Shown piece after piece: positions 1-12,922 of a stretch of 64,000 bases of DNA. The stretch is from Entomortierella parvispora E1425. Lineage: Eukaryota > Fungi > Mortierellomycota. Position 1 is the first letter of the stretch; every line of letters starts with the position of its first letter. The notes beneath the pieces are model-generated. The model was not told where the DNA came from. It made no database searches and saw nothing but the letters and a program-made list of their open reading frames with translations. The position numbers were made by a program, and so were the translations under genes. The DNA lies in the NCBI GenBank assembly GCA_020891255.1, contig BQFW01000010.1, positions 62,001 to 126,000 on the forward strand, given 5' to 3'.

Positions 1-1369
1 CTGAAGCATGCGCGCCACTCCTCAATGTACTTCCACAAGCCCGAGAACTCTGCAAAATTGATCAATCCCGAGTTGTCTAAAAAGAAGGAGAGAGAGAAGA
101 GAAAAAGAAAGTTAGTCCCATGTGTGGCCAAGGGGGTGACACTATTCTCTCTACTGCTATGATCTAAAGAATCACCACTTGCCTGTGTCGAACATGTTCA
201 TCATCAAGCGCACGGTCTCGATGTTGAAAGGACTCCAGTCACCTAATGATGATCAATTAAATAACATATTAGGGCTGTTCAGTTCCAGGGCCTTGATTCA
301 TCGTCATCATTCGCTGGCAAAGAAAGCTAAGAATAGCAGCGAGCGATAAAGACGCGCTTTGCAAAAAAAGGATGAAAGCCCCCAAGTTGGGGTCCTCTTT
401 TTTTTTTACTTTGCCAAGCCATGCTTGTTCAAATAAAACGTCCAAGCACAGCCTGCCGAGTCCACATGGACAAAGAAGACAGCCGAAATTTGCGTGGGAG
501 GAAAGATGCTTTTTTGAAGATCCTGTGACGATGGTTCATTCTACTCCCTTCTCTTTGCAGACATTACCGTTAATGAGAGCACGCTGGAGCTCCTCAGTGC
601 TCAGCTGGCCAGAGCGATCCGAGTCCACGGCGTCGAACCAATAACGGAGGTTGGCCTCATTAGACGCAGGAGGGGCTGTGGCGTGGGGTTGAGGATTCGA
701 ACGAGTTCACCAAGGCGTACACAGCACAGCGCAGCATCGGTGAACAAAGACAAGTTCAGGAAGGTCAGCCATAGGTGGAGAAAAAGGTGGTTAATTAGAC
801 AGAACGAGAAAGCAGATAAAAAAAAACCTCGAAGACACGACGCCAGTGGGGAAAATCCATGTTCCTCTCCTTCTGCATTGACCCAGCCCAGGTCCTGTCC
901 CGAGTCATAAAAACAGCGCTTTGCTTGCTTCCTTGTGGCCCTGCTCGCGGTAGACAGCGAATGACTCTTTCTTGCTGATGCCCTGAAGATGCCATTGCTG
1001 CAGGTTGGATGGAATGCGTTTTCTCTTCTTGGTCATCTTTGTGAAGTCTGAGGTTGCCCCTCTTGCGCCCTTCCACTTGTCGACAGGTGCCTGCCAATAG
1101 AAACGCGGTCCTTTGGTCCATACTTTTTTTCGTTGTCGGTGGTTGGGAACAAGGAAGAGTGGATAAAGAAAAGTACCTTGGGGTGGTGCCTGGTAGCCTC
1201 CTGTGTATCCTGGCTGGGCAGCGGCAGCAGCAGCGGCGGGGGCCTGGTACTGGCCGTAGACGCCCTGCTGCTGAGGAGGAGGGGCCTGGTACTGGCCGTA
1301 CTGCTGCTGCTGTCCGTACTGCTGCTGGGGTGGTGGTTGTTGCTGGTAGTTGTACTGGTTGTAAGCCAT
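1..1369 (-). CDS. PEF1: Penta-EF-hand Ca2+-binding protein (peflin/ALG-2/Pef1-like), 3' end outside the window
   Basis: Exons 1369-1177, 675-568, 242-183, 76-<1. A Gln/Pro/Gly/Tyr-rich N-terminus is followed by LRYWFDAVDSDRSGQLSTEELQRALINGDWSPFNIETVRLMMNMFDTDNSGLINFAEFSGLWKYIEEW (EF-hand loops). The third intron is GC-AG (182-77). Confidence 0.9.
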
Positions 1370-1674
1370 TGCGATAGAAAGTGGCTGGTTTCTTGAAAGA
1401 GCAGGGCTGAGTGAAGGATGGATGAAAGAAGAAAGAGGAGCAGGGGGTGAAGGTGCAGCAGAAGGACAAAAGGGAGCGCTTTTATACTGCACCGAGGCAC
1501 AAATGGCGAAGGAGCGAAAGAAGGGGGACATCAAAAGACAGTCCTTCTGACGGTGCTCTGTTCTTCTGGAACAGGAAAAAGGAACGATTCGCTGATCGCC
1601 ATGTCGCTCCGCCTTCTGCTCATTCTTCCCTCAGGATCGACGCTTAAGGCACCCCTCGCATCGCCATCGGAACC

Positions 1675-3385
1675 ATGTCCTTCACACGCGCCCTCTCCTT
1701 CACAGGCGCAGCCGTGGCACAGTCCTCGCGCCGCCACCCTCTCACGAAAAGAAACCTCGCCAGCGCATTCCATACCTCTGCATGGCGCAACAAGTCATGT
1801 GTGGTTGAGTGGGGTTATGGCTCAACTGACCGCAAGGTCTTTGAGAGCGACTCTGTCATCCCTACGGTAGGTGGCAATACGCGACATACTTCTTTGGCTG
1901 TGCCTTCTAGATCAGATCCCTGACAAGACTCATGATCGTTTTTGAACCCGCCTGTCCTGAATAGGGTCCTAACAAGACATGGATCGCAGCAGGAGCTTCT
2001 CACCGGCTGATTGCCCTTTCTGGAGAGAGCGAGACAGGCATCCTTGGCGAAGGCATGAACCACAGTGGTCAACTCGGGAATGGGATTCGTGAAGAAGGTT
2101 CGACCTTCAGCGCTATCGACACGTCTGGTCTGGACATCTTGGGCATGGCTTGTGGGCGCGAACATTCTATGCTCCTCGCCAAACCTCAATCGGAAGACCC
2201 CAGTGCTCCAGATCAGGATGCAAAGACTTTGTTATTCGGATTTGGAAACTCGATGTACGGCCAGTTGGGACTGGGTGGCTCCAAAGACACGTTGAGCAAG
2301 GAGTTTGCAGGACAGGATGTTGAAGGATTCGTGTTTGAGCCTTCTCCCACATCTGTCGAACTGCCAGATCCCAGTGAGAACGTTGTCCAGGTGCAGTGTG
2401 GGCTGGATCATACTGTTCTTCGTACAGGTACTGCGAAAAATCTGTAAAGACGATGCAAGTTACAAAATCTTGAGGGATTTCCTAACGTCGCGCAATTTGA
2501 CTTTTTTAATAGATCAAGGAAACTTGTATTCAATGGGATGGGGCGCCGATGGACAGCTCGGTCTTGGAGAGAATTCAAGTTCGGACAGGGCAGTACCGAC
2601 CCTTATTGAGCGTCTCAGTTTTAAGGCTCGCGGCAAGGAAGTGGGAAAAGTGCGCGACATTTCTTCCTCGACCGACTTTACCCTAGCTCTTCTCGACAAC
2701 AATCAAATCTGGATCTGGGGAAACTCGGAATATGGCCAATGCATGCTCAACAAGAAGATTGATAGGGTAAGGGAATCAGCTGCTGCGTATGGAATTGAGG
2801 GCAACTAGAGAGAAAGGTCGCTAAACTAGATTTTTATATCGGATCCTTTAGATCTTGGAACCTATCCACATTCCTCACCCTATCCCCGAGTCTGAGGTTA
2901 TCAAAGCCGTCGCTGCCGGAGGTACCTTTGGGCTTTTGTTGACAGAATCAGGAAAAGTCTACACCTGCGGTTACGGAGCACTTGGACTTGGCAGAGACAA
3001 AACTCAGATTTTGATGCCCGAGCAGATCCCATCCTTGTCCAACATCCGCAAGATTGTCGCCAACACGGACTATGCTGCCGCTATCAATGGTACGAAAACG
3101 AGTGAAAAAAAAACCACCAAAGTTGCTAAAAGAGACTGTTGACGTTGACGACAGCTTGAGCTAACGTGTTATGTTTGTTTGATTTTGACGTCAATAGATA
3201 AAGGCGAACTGTTCACTTGGGGCACCTGCGGCGAGACTGGCCGACTTGGTCATGGAGAATTTGGGCACTGTTTTGAGCCAAAGAGAGTTAAAATGCCACA
3301 AGAACTGGAGGGACAAAGCGTGTTTGTGCACGAGGTTGCATTGGGTCAAGATGGAGGCCTGGCGGTAGTAGAACTTGACCCATGA
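1675..3385 (+). CDS. RCC1/BLIP-II repeat beta-propeller protein, probably mitochondrial (RCC1L-like)
   Basis: Exons about 1675-1866, 1965-2427, 2513-2766, 2852-3089, 3199-3385. Repeated GxNxxGQLG motifs (GMNHSGQLG, GNSMYGQLG, GWGADGQLG, GNSEYGQC). Arg/Ser-rich, acid-free N-terminus resembles a presequence. Confidence 0.85.
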
Positions 3386-3555
3386 TTTAACAAGAGGTCA
3401 GCCAACATACAAGTAAAAAACTCCATCGCCAAACTGCTCGAGGTGGACCGATTGATGCTGCATGGTGGGGTCATTTCGTTATTAAGGATATTTTTGGAGG
3501 TGGGTTGCTATGGTACAAGAGTAAAAGAGGTATACAAAGGAGACGGAGGGAGTAA

Positions 3556-4428
3556 CTAGAGAATTGTCGTAACGGTGGAGTAGGAGCCCATGATGACAAC
3601 CAGGGCCTGGATAAGGCCCCAAAGGAATGGCACCCAAGTGGACATGCGATAGACGCCAGCGTTATAAATGGCCGCAATAGCCAGACCTGTGAAAGATAAA
3701 GAGAGAAAGACAGAGAAACGAGAGCAGGTCAGCCACCAGACAGAAAAAAAAAAACTCGGGGAGACACCAGCCGAGCCCATCTCCGTCAAAGAGGCCCGAG
3801 GGGCCTGACGAGACGTTGGACCATGTCTGGTTCCTGTGGCCACCAAATTCTTTCGTTCCCGCGTTTTCTTTAACTATAGTCTCCGAATTCCACATTCCAG
3901 CCAAACCGTTCTCGCCTGAACCTGTTCTTGACTAATGGTCTCCGCTCCATCAGCATCGCTCCAGAGAAGACTTTCAATGCTGTTGGTTGTATCCTGAGCG
4001 CAGTTCCTGAACATGCCATGAAATAAAATAAAATATCCTTACCAACAAGGCTCCCACTGATGAAGGCTATAAATGCACCAGTGATGAAGAAGAGTACCGG
4101 TAGTAGAATCGCCCATTTGTAATGCCTCCGCCCAAAGACTAGACATGCCCAGCATCCAGCCAAGGTGTAGATGGAGACAATAAAAATCAAGGTCCAGTAG
4201 GTGGTGAAGCGCCAGATGTCTATCAGAGACATGGAGAAAAAGGGTCAGCCGTCTTGCACCATGTGATCTGATCCCTGGAAAGGGGACTGAGTGAGTTTTG
4301 AAATTAAGCTTACCCCTGGGATAGTACATGAAGATGCCATGCGTCAGTGGATCAGTCACTGGCCAGTACAGAGAGGGCCATGGTGGGGTGATGTAGTCTG
4401 CTGGAGGTTGAAAGCCGTTCTGGGACAT
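3556..4428 (-). CDS. Small integral membrane protein, TMEM170-like fungal family
   Basis: Exons 4428-4314, 4219-4043, 3686-3556. PPWPSLYWP, DIWRFTTYWTLIF and YNAGVYRMSTWVPFLWGLIQ motifs; three hydrophobic helices. Confidence 0.75.
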
Positions 4429-4955
4429 GAAGAAGCGCCGGAAATAGCCTGGACAAGAAAAGCCAGGGAGTAGATGCAGATACGTTCGTGCCTTGGCAAG
4501 GGGCACAATTCAGGAAGGATGGATGGATGGATGGAATGCGGAGAATGAGAGAGAAAGAGAGGGGAAGAGATAGATGGACAGGAGGAAAGAGGAGGAGGAG
4601 GAGGAGGGCGGAAGAGGAGGAAGGGAAGCAACAAGGAAGGAAAGAAGGAAGAATAAGGACCACCGCTCTATTGAGTCAAAAATGGTGCAAAATGAATGGA
4701 CCCGCGAAACGAAGCAACTCAGCCTCGCTCTCTCTCGCTCGTTCTTTCTTTCGCTCTCAGTCCGTCACATTGATTCATCTCTTCTTCCCATCAACCCAAC
4801 AGCCAATCCTCGGACAGCACCATCAAGAAACAGGACATTTGCCGTGAACTAGTCATAGAAAATACAAGGACCAAGACACACAGCACACTCGATTGCATTC
4901 CACCCATCCAGGATCCCACCCAGCCATCCATTCATCGACATCACATATTCACGCC

Positions 4956-5762
4956 ATGGACAGCTTCCAGATCTTCACCACCTCGACCAGCTTGGTCGAT
5001 AGCGTCGACAGTACGTGAACTCTCCTCTCCCCTCCTCTCTTACCATCCCACAGGAACGAACTCCACCTGGATTCTTCCGTGTGCTTGTGGGCTGTCTACC
5101 CGACTCATGCATTCGAAGAAAGGAACGATCTGGACGCGGAGTTGCCTTACTCACATATATATTTATGTTTTTTTCCTCCTCCCCTTATCGTGCCTCCACA
5201 ATAACCTGTAGAGAAATTGCTGGTCGTGCTCAGAGATGGCAGAAAGCTCATTGGTATCCTCCGCTCGTTTGATCAGTTTGGTATGTAGCAAAGTGCTCTT
5301 CAATTGCATATGTGGGAAGTCGCTGTCCTTGCGCTTGGTGGCTAACACGGCGATCCTCTACTGTTGTCTTTAGCCAATTTGGTACTCCAGGATACAATTG
5401 AAAGGATATACGTTGGCGATGCCTACGGTGATATTCCCCGTGGTATCTTTATCATCCGTGGCGAGAATGTCGTTCTTCTGGGAGAAATTGTAAGTCATCC
5501 AACAACTCAACTCTTTGTGGCTGCCTGTTAGTTGGAATTGAAAGAGAGCTGACATTCTTCTTTCCACCCCTTCCAAATCTACTTCTTTCAGGACCTGGAT
5601 AAGGAAGACGAGTCGCCACTCAGAGAAGTACCCGTGGAGGAGATCTTGCAGGTGCAGCGCGAGGAGATGGAACTCAGGGTAAAACGGGAAAAGATCAAGA
5701 ACCGCATGCTCAGCGACCAGGGATTCTCTGTCGACCAAGCAGAGTTCGGCGATCTCTACTAG
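4956..5762 (+). CDS. LSM1: Sm-like protein Lsm1 (mRNA decapping activator)
   Basis: Exons 4956-5010, 5212-5280, 5374-5489, 5592-5762 splice to [43 protein letters not shown]...[13 protein letters not shown] (Sm1/Sm2 motifs). Confidence 0.95.
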
Positions 5763-5906
5763 AGAATAGGTCAAAATGCTACAATAAAATCAACATGTGG
5801 CGACCTCAAATTCACAGGATGATATGACTTGTTTTTATTGTATTCAACACAGATAATTGCTCTTTAGGTCCGAGGGTATAGGAATGTTTCCTCTGCGGTT
5901 AAAGAC

Positions 5907-7343
5907 TTATCCATACCACTTGCCCTTCTCCATCTTCTCTTTAGTGACACGCGTAGGGATCATTGTTTTCCGGATGTCATACACTTCGATGAGCTCCTAT
6001 AATAACAGCGTTGTAAACTCTCGAGTTAGAAAGACATGAAAATGTCGAAATATACTGGAGAAATCGTCCTGTCGCTCAACTTACCCTCCACATAGCCATG
6101 TCAATATTCATAATCATTTGCTTCTTGAGCAAGCCACCTTGATAATCCTCAGCAGTCGGCGTTTCGCACAACTCCACCATTGGCTGGATGTTTGCACCCT
6201 CTCGTGGTTCGTCGCCATCCTCGATATCGGGGTTATCAACGTCCTCCTCTGTGATGCTCACTTTACCATCGCGAACGAGGAAAGAGAGATAAAAGATGTT
6301 CTCGACCGTCTGCCCAAAGGACTCTGGGTTGATAACGAGATGAAACAAATTCACTTTCTCTTCCATCTGCTCCAAAATATCGCTGATCTGCATGACATTC
6401 TTTGTGGTTTCGTTTTCCTGTCGAGCAATATCCTCCTCTCGAAGTTCCTGGGGTTTTTTCATGTCCTTGGGATCGCGAACGACGCGGGTCCTTTGCTTCA
6501 TGTTTCGCGTCTTGTGTTCAACAGCCATAGGTCCCAGCCTGTCAGAATAGATTCATAATAAAAAAAGTCAATTCAGATTAGCTGTTGATCAGGGAGCAAC
6601 TATTCAGCAAAATAGCCAGGTTACGAGCGATATTTGCGAAGGCCCTTACATAAAATCCATAGTGGGAGCCTTCCGGGACCATTTCGCAGCCATGCGACCC
6701 AGTTTTGCCCAATTAAGGCCTCTTTCTTCACTTTCTACTTCGTGTCCGCCCATGGTATTGATCAACCTTGTCAGATACTCTGTCTCGTCGAATCCTCCTT
6801 GTCCCATCTTCAGCTGCTTTGCCTTTTGCATCCCCAAATCCGCTGACATGACCAACAACTTGGCGTCCAGCGTGGCTTCGTGTGTTCCAAACACTATATA
6901 TCAGGTAACGTTGTTAGTTGGAAAAACTTGAAAGAACCAATTCTCCTGGCCAAGGGTTCATTCATTCTAAAAGCTTTACCATTCTTGTACAGATTGTTGG
7001 CTCTGTCCACGTTCGACAAGAGGTCATTGTTGGTTGGTTCCATCAGCTCCTTGCGACGCTCTATATAAGGTAGGTAGAAGAGTTCCAAGTCAATCCTCCA
7101 TGTTCAACCCCATTGTAGCATCAGCTTGCATGGACAGGCTTCATTATGAATCGACAGAGGTTCAGGCATACCCTCAGTGTCTGTGATGAGCTGACGGTAT
7201 TGTTGGCGAATCTTTCTCTTTTCATCCTTTATCCTCTCCTTGGCCATGTCTTCATCTTGCGAGGCATCGCCATTGTGCATCTCTTCGTCCTGGTCCATGC
7301 TTGCGTCGTGTTCGTCGTCGCTCAGGCGCTGCTGTCGTCGCAT
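5907..7343 (-). CDS. NSE4: Smc5/6 complex kleisin subunit Nse4
   Basis: Exons 7343-7172, 7060-6980, 6893-6650, 6538-6085, 5996-5907. Contains EATLDAKLL, WAKLGRMA...RKAPTMDFMLGPM and the Nse4_C motif LFHLVINPESFGQTVENIFYLSFLVRDG. Confidence 0.9.
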
Positions 7344-7516
7344 GTTTGATGGTGGAGTGAAATGTTCAGCGTGTTGAAGGGACAAAGACGGAGCGACAAA
7401 GACAACGGAACTTGGTGGCAACCGAGGCAAGGCGCTGTTGTCGTTTTGGTTCGAACGCGATCCTTTTCTGACAGTCACAATTTTTTTTTTTTTTTTGCTT
7501 TCAGGGGGTCAGGAAC

Positions 7517-9685
7517 TCAGATGCACAACTCTATCCCAGGCCTTGCTTGCGCGAGCCATTGGATTGCTTTATTGTGTCGTCCCAGGCGCGGGTTCTTGAT
7601 GCCATCTTTGACCTCCACCTTCTCTAGCCGTGGCCAATTCTGTATCATCCACTCCACATCATCCTGCTCCAAGTGTTGAACAAGCCGACGGAGATCTATC
7701 GACTCCAAGCACTGAAGTGTTGTCAACGCCCTCAGTCCACTTTCCAGCGTCAAGTCCACGCCGGAATCTCTTCCACCAACTCGATGGCCACCCCCGAGTC
7801 CCAGCCTTTGGAGTCTTGTGAGCGCCGCCAATTGACTATACACTCTGGACCTGACTGTTTTGACAGACTCTGCAGGGTCGTTATCCTCTGATCCCGCACT
7901 GGGAAGAGCGACATAGATTTCAATATCAAGCACCAAAGTCTCGAGTCCGGTGCACGCCCACTGACTCGATTTACTGAGATCCCGGCCGTTCAAGACTACT
8001 CCTTGGGCGTGGAGTTCCGTGAGGGAGGGACACGACCTAAGAACGCCATCTAAGGTTGGACTCTGTATTCCGCGAGTGCCATCCAGGTTTAACCGGACAA
8101 TGCTTCTGCAATATGTGCCCACAGACTCCAACGCGCTTTGACTGAATCCGGTCCTGCCTGCATGTAGCCACTGCAACCGAGGAAAGTGACGGCACAACGA
8201 AACAAAAAACTCGTCCTGAAGATCAAGTGCCTGCTCCCGAAACTCGAGCCGAGAAAGCTGTGGACATAGCTGAGCGAGGACGGAGGCAAATTTGGAGGAT
8301 GGGTAGAATCCCCAGCCGTTGATCAGGGACAGATGCTCAAGCTGAGGACATTGGCGGGTCAGATTGACGAGAAATTCCTGACGGAGGCCTGTCTGATGGA
8401 GTAAGAGTGTTCGTATCCGACTCTGAATATCCAAGGGCTGATCCGCGTTCGACGCCAAGTTTGAAAATGGAGCTGCAGCAGGTGGCTTCAGAATTTCTAA
8501 GTGCTGTCCTGACCGGAGTGATGGTACAGATTTTGGATAGCGGACAGCCCTTTTGCTTTGAATATCGAGCAAGTCCTGATCGACATAGTGCCTTCCATGG
8601 GTTCCCTTTATCGGATCATCAAAGGGCTCTAGCTTGATCACGCAATCCTCGTCCTTTCGGAATGAGCTAGAGTCCTGGCATGCGAGGGTATCTAATGTGA
8701 ATCGCGTAAAATCATTCTCGCCGAGGGAGAGGTGGGCGAGTCGGCGACAGCCAGCAAGGATCAACTGAAGCGAATATTCTTGAAAGCCCTGCCAGCCATT
8801 GAGAGAAAGAACTTCCAAGAGATCCAATCGCGTGAGCGCTTCCAGAAGTGCGGGAGGGAACCGTCCAAGCGGCTTCAGTTGCAAACACCGCAAGCCCCTG
8901 TTGGATTCAAGGACACGTACGAGGTTGTCGGTCATACCAACAAACGCTTGGTATGAGCAGCTGTTGTTGGTATATCGGGTGTCCTTCGTATCCGACTGAG
9001 TGGTGTTTGAGATAATATTCTTACTTGCTGTTGACTTTGCGGCTGAAAGAGAACCGACCCGGTTTTGATCCGTTGCCGAAGCTCCCGAAAGACTAGACGG
9101 GGTGTACATCTGTTCATCTAAGATCCGGGACACGTCCAATGAAACAAGGTTGTGACAGTAAAGCGCCACTTGTCCCAAATCTACGCCAGGGCCGCAACGC
9201 AATGATCTGATCCTGGACCCGTGGTGATGCCAGTTTTCACAAAAGTAAGGATCTTGCCAAGCGCTTTCCGGGATTGTTGTCCAGAGTAAAGCTTTGCAGC
9301 AGTTGAAGAAATCCTTGGAGACTCGGCTCGCACGAACTAGAGTCAGCCCATGGAGGTAACCGCAGACTTCTTGAAGGATCTCAGGGATATCAAAGATTGA
9401 GCGACGCGGATTGGACAGGTCCATGCAGTGCCTTTGATCTGAATCCTGGTCCCGTCCTTGACTAGGAAGTGAATTCTCGCTCCCTTGAGAGGTAACAGCT
9501 ATGGCGGGCGGCTCTTCGTTGACGCTGCATGCAGGTTGATGTGCAGCGCTGTTGGTTGCGCTGTTTGAAACGCCTGCGAACATCGGTGGTTTAAACGAGA
9601 CGCGGTGAGTGTGGAGGCTGGTCGGAGTGGTGGAGCGGGGCCGAGAGCAAAGGGGCACAGACAGTGCAGGAAGGCAAGACTCCAC
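7517..9685 (-). CDS. F-box/RNI-like leucine-rich-repeat protein
   Basis: Single 722-aa ORF (start may be an internal Met). F-box-like IFDIPEILQEVCGYL...LVRASRVSKDF followed by LRR-like repeats (CPQLEHLSL, FPRLQWLHAG, WACTGLETL, NWPRLEKV). Confidence 0.8.
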   Translation of the reverse strand: MESCLPALSVPLCSRPRSTTPTSLHTHRVSFKPPMFAGVSNSATNSAAHQPACSVNEEPPAIAVTSQGSENSLPSQGRDQDSDQRHCMDLSNPRRSIFDIPEILQEVCGYLHGLTLVRASRVSKDFFNCCKALLWTTIPESAWQDPYFCENWHHHGSRIRSLRCGPGVDLGQVALYCHNLVSLDVSRILDEQMYTPSSLSGASATDQNRVGSLSAAKSTASKNIISNTTQSDTKDTRYTNNSCSYQAFVGMTDNLVRVLESNRGLRCLQLKPLGRFPPALLEALTRLDLLEVLSLNGWQGFQEYSLQLILAGCRRLAHLSLGENDFTRFTLDTLACQDSSSFRKDEDCVIKLEPFDDPIKGTHGRHYVDQDLLDIQSKRAVRYPKSVPSLRSGQHLEILKPPAAAPFSNLASNADQPLDIQSRIRTLLLHQTGLRQEFLVNLTRQCPQLEHLSLINGWGFYPSSKFASVLAQLCPQLSRLEFREQALDLQDEFFVSLCRHFPRLQWLHAGRTGFSQSALESVGTYCRSIVRLNLDGTRGIQSPTLDGVLRSCPSLTELHAQGVVLNGRDLSKSSQWACTGLETLVLDIEIYVALPSAGSEDNDPAESVKTVRSRVYSQLAALTRLQRLGLGGGHRVGGRDSGVDLTLESGLRALTTLQCLESIDLRRLVQHLEQDDVEWMIQNWPRLEKVEVKDGIKNPRLGRHNKAIQWLAQARPGIELCI

Positions 9686-11021
9686 GACTCAACGCAACAC
9701 AACAGAGTGGGTCGCAATGGAGAGATGAGGGGGACAGGGGGAATGATGGAATGGGATTAGAGGAAAGAGAGATGAGGTAAACGAATGAAAAAAGGTGGGT
9801 CCGAGTCGAGGCTCAAAAGGCACTCGCTCGCCTCCTCGAGACTCCTGGCCGTCCAACCTAGCTGCACCTGACTCGAATGCAGTGTAAGAATGAATCTGAT
9901 TAGATCCACATGTGGATCCTCATGCGTTCATCACGTCCACATCAACATCCTCGTCATCGGCAGTGTCGAGTTGCCAGTTTTACTCTTCCGGGAACTGTCC
10001 TCAATGTGGTGCGATATGCCCTTCTTATCCATCTCCGTTGCTAGGGTGACGATCTACTCCTGTTTCCTCCCCGGCTTTCCTCTTCTGATTATGATAGGGT
10101 TCCCTGTGCGACAGGCAATTGTCCATCGCTTGCTCGCTGTGGCTGGCGTCCGTTAAAGTGACAGGAGGTCCCTAGGACGACAGATGCTTGTGAATAGACG
10201 CTGTGCTTGTGCTTACTGTGCTTCAAGAGACAGGAAGAAATAACTAAAGACCAGGGACGATACAGTTCTCCCAACAATGCTCCACACACCATCGATGCCG
10301 CACAAGAAAGAAAGACCCGATGGGCGCGAGTGGAAAGTAGGACAAAGGACAAAAAAGAGCAAAGACCCGTGGGAAGAATACGATCGAGCTCATCCGAGGC
10401 TGAGTGCTGATTGGCTGACGACGCCACCGTCTGTCGCCAGCCAGTTCTCCTCAAGAGGGACTCTCCGCGCGTGCTGGACGCGCCGAATGTTGGTAATGTT
10501 GCCTATGGAACCCCTACTCGATCGGATGGCATGTGCTAGTTGCTCCCTCCTGCTTGAGTGCTTGCTTACGGACCGTCAATGATTGCTTGCTTGAACTGGC
10601 TTGCTCGGCTCACTGTCACTGCTCGTGCGATAGTCAGCTCTCTCTCATCTCAACCGGCGTCCCCTGGGTTGCGAACTACAGAGAGGTTTGTTGTTTGTTG
10701 ACTGGAAGGGATGCCGATCCGATGTTTACATCTTGTTTATCCCTATGATATATCCAGCCTCAAGGGATCATCACCTCCTTGGACCTTACACTGCCAGACA
10801 ACCGAAGGTTGAGTGTGGTCATGACCCCTGCTCTACCCCATTGCTTCAACCCCACCCCCTAAACCAGCTGCCAGTGATAAAACGACAACTCTACCCCTCT
10901 TCTAAGTTCTTTTCTCTTTCAAACATATTCTTTTTGTTGCTCTTGACATCTTTTCCCACAGGACTCAGTCTCTATCTCTTCATATTCACCACTTACTGCT
11001 ATCATCAACAAAGCTTTCAAG

Positions 11022-12922
11022 ATGGCAATGATCATGGCCTGGATCGGGGTCAAAAGACTCATCGAACGACAAATGTCCAAGAAAAAGCGAACGCCACTCG
11101 AATACGCTGTTTTGGCCACTTTGGGGTTCCTGGCTGCGGCGACACTGAAGTATCCCAACCGTGCCTTTCTGACTTCGGCTCGTAAACGAGTCGGTTACGA
11201 GCTCCCAGGGTTCGCTCTTGTTGGAAGCCTCCCTCACATAGTGGTATACAGAGATGATCCTCTTCCAATAATTCAAAGCTTCTTCGAAGAGCATGGCGAC
11301 GTCTTGTAAGTGGTTTCTTCTGTGCTCCTTCTCACTCCACGTTTCGGTAGTACAGTTTTTAATTGCTTACTCGTTTGATCCTCGACGTAGATCCTTCACT
11401 CTCCCTGTTTATGGTCGTGCTATCTTAATCAACAACCCTGAGCACATGGAGCACATCTTCAAAAGTAATACATCATAATTATGAAAGAATGAAGTCGGGT
11501 CGTTGACCGTCATGAGAGCTGACACCTGACTTAATACCGTCCCGTCTATAGCAAACTTTGAGAACTACGTCAAGGGAAATGTTTTCCGTTGGCAGCTGAA
11601 AGATATCCTCGGCCGAGGGATCTTTGTTGCTGATGGTGAGGAATGGCGATTCCACCGCAAGACCGCCTCAAACATTTTCACGACCAAGCTTTACCGCAGT
11701 TTAGTCCAGAATGCCTTCAAGTCCAGCGCACACGACTTTTGTCAGCATGTCCAAACATTTGTCACGGCGCAAAAGCCCGTCGATCTGCAAGCAAAGTTCC
11801 ACTTGCTGACGATGGACGCGTTTGGAAAGCTCACCTTTGGAATCGAGTTTAAGGCCTTGACTCAGGAAGGTTCGAACGAGTTTGGGGATGCATTTGATTT
11901 CTTGACATCGGCAGCTGATGCTCGAATTAGCAACCCAATTTGGTTCATCACTGACAGACTCATTCCGGGTCGAAGGAAGAAACACTTGCATTGCATCCAT
12001 ACTTTGGATTGTTACGCTGCTGCCGCTGTCGCCAAACGAAGAGCCGAGACGGAAGAAGTTAAGGCATCTAGACAACGCGATTTGTTGGATCATTTTATTT
12101 CGTATCGAAAAGACGATGGTTCCTTGCTTGATGAGCGCGAGCTGCGAGACGTGTTTGTCAATTTCATGGTGTATGTATCTTACCCCTGAAGCCAAGGCTT
12201 GATACGCTCCAAGATTATCTTTTTGACTAATTGCAATATACCTTTATAGCGCCGGGCGGGATACGACGGCCCAGGCATTGACCTGGCAGTTTTACTCACT
12301 CATGGCAAATCCAAGAGTGATGAAGAACTTGGTTCAAGAGATTGACAGTGTCCTTCAAGGAACTGAGGAAAACATCTCCTATGAAACCCTGATGAACTCG
12401 ATGCCCTACGCAAAGGCTGTCCTGCATGAGACTCTACGATTGAATCCACCTGTTCCCAAGAACGTCCGGCAAGCTCTGGATAATGACACTTTGCCTGATG
12501 GCACTCAGGTGAACAAGGGTGACTTTATCGGCTATTCGAATTGGTGCATGGGCCGTAACAAGAGCGTGTGGGGTCAAGATGCAGATTTATTTGTGCCAGA
12601 GCGATGGCTCGTTCCGGACCCCACTGCCGATCCCACCTCGTCTGCGGCTCGGTTTGGGAAGTTCAGGGCCGAGAGTCAGTTCAAATTTATTTCGTTCAAT
12701 GCTGGACCGCGACTCTGTTTGGGTCAGACCTTTGCAATTTTGGAGGCGATGGTGACGACGTGTATTCTCTTGCAGCGATATGAGTTTAAGTTGGTGCCTC
12801 GCCATCCTACACCAAGAATGAAGGGGTCAGTGACGCTGCCTATGAAGGACCCGTTGATGACCATTGTCTCGGAAAGACCTCGCTCGTCTCGTCTCCCACA
12901 CGTTTTTGAACATGAGCCTTGA
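11022..12922 (+). CDS. Cytochrome P450 (fatty-acid hydroxylase-like, CYP86/94/704-type clan by motif resemblance)
   Basis: Exons about 11022-11305, 11391-11464, 11552-12170, 12250-12922. I-helix VAGRDTT, K-helix ETLRL, PERW and heme motif FNAGPRLCLG. Confidence 0.95.

Noticed and set aside
693-702. Box-B-like GTTCGAATCC on the minus strand
   Set aside because: No T-stem pairing or upstream tRNA body; lies in the 3' part of a PEF1 intron.
9903-9918. 16-bp perfect palindrome gatccacatgtggatc
   Set aside because: Isolated, with no repetition or associated feature; function cannot be supported.
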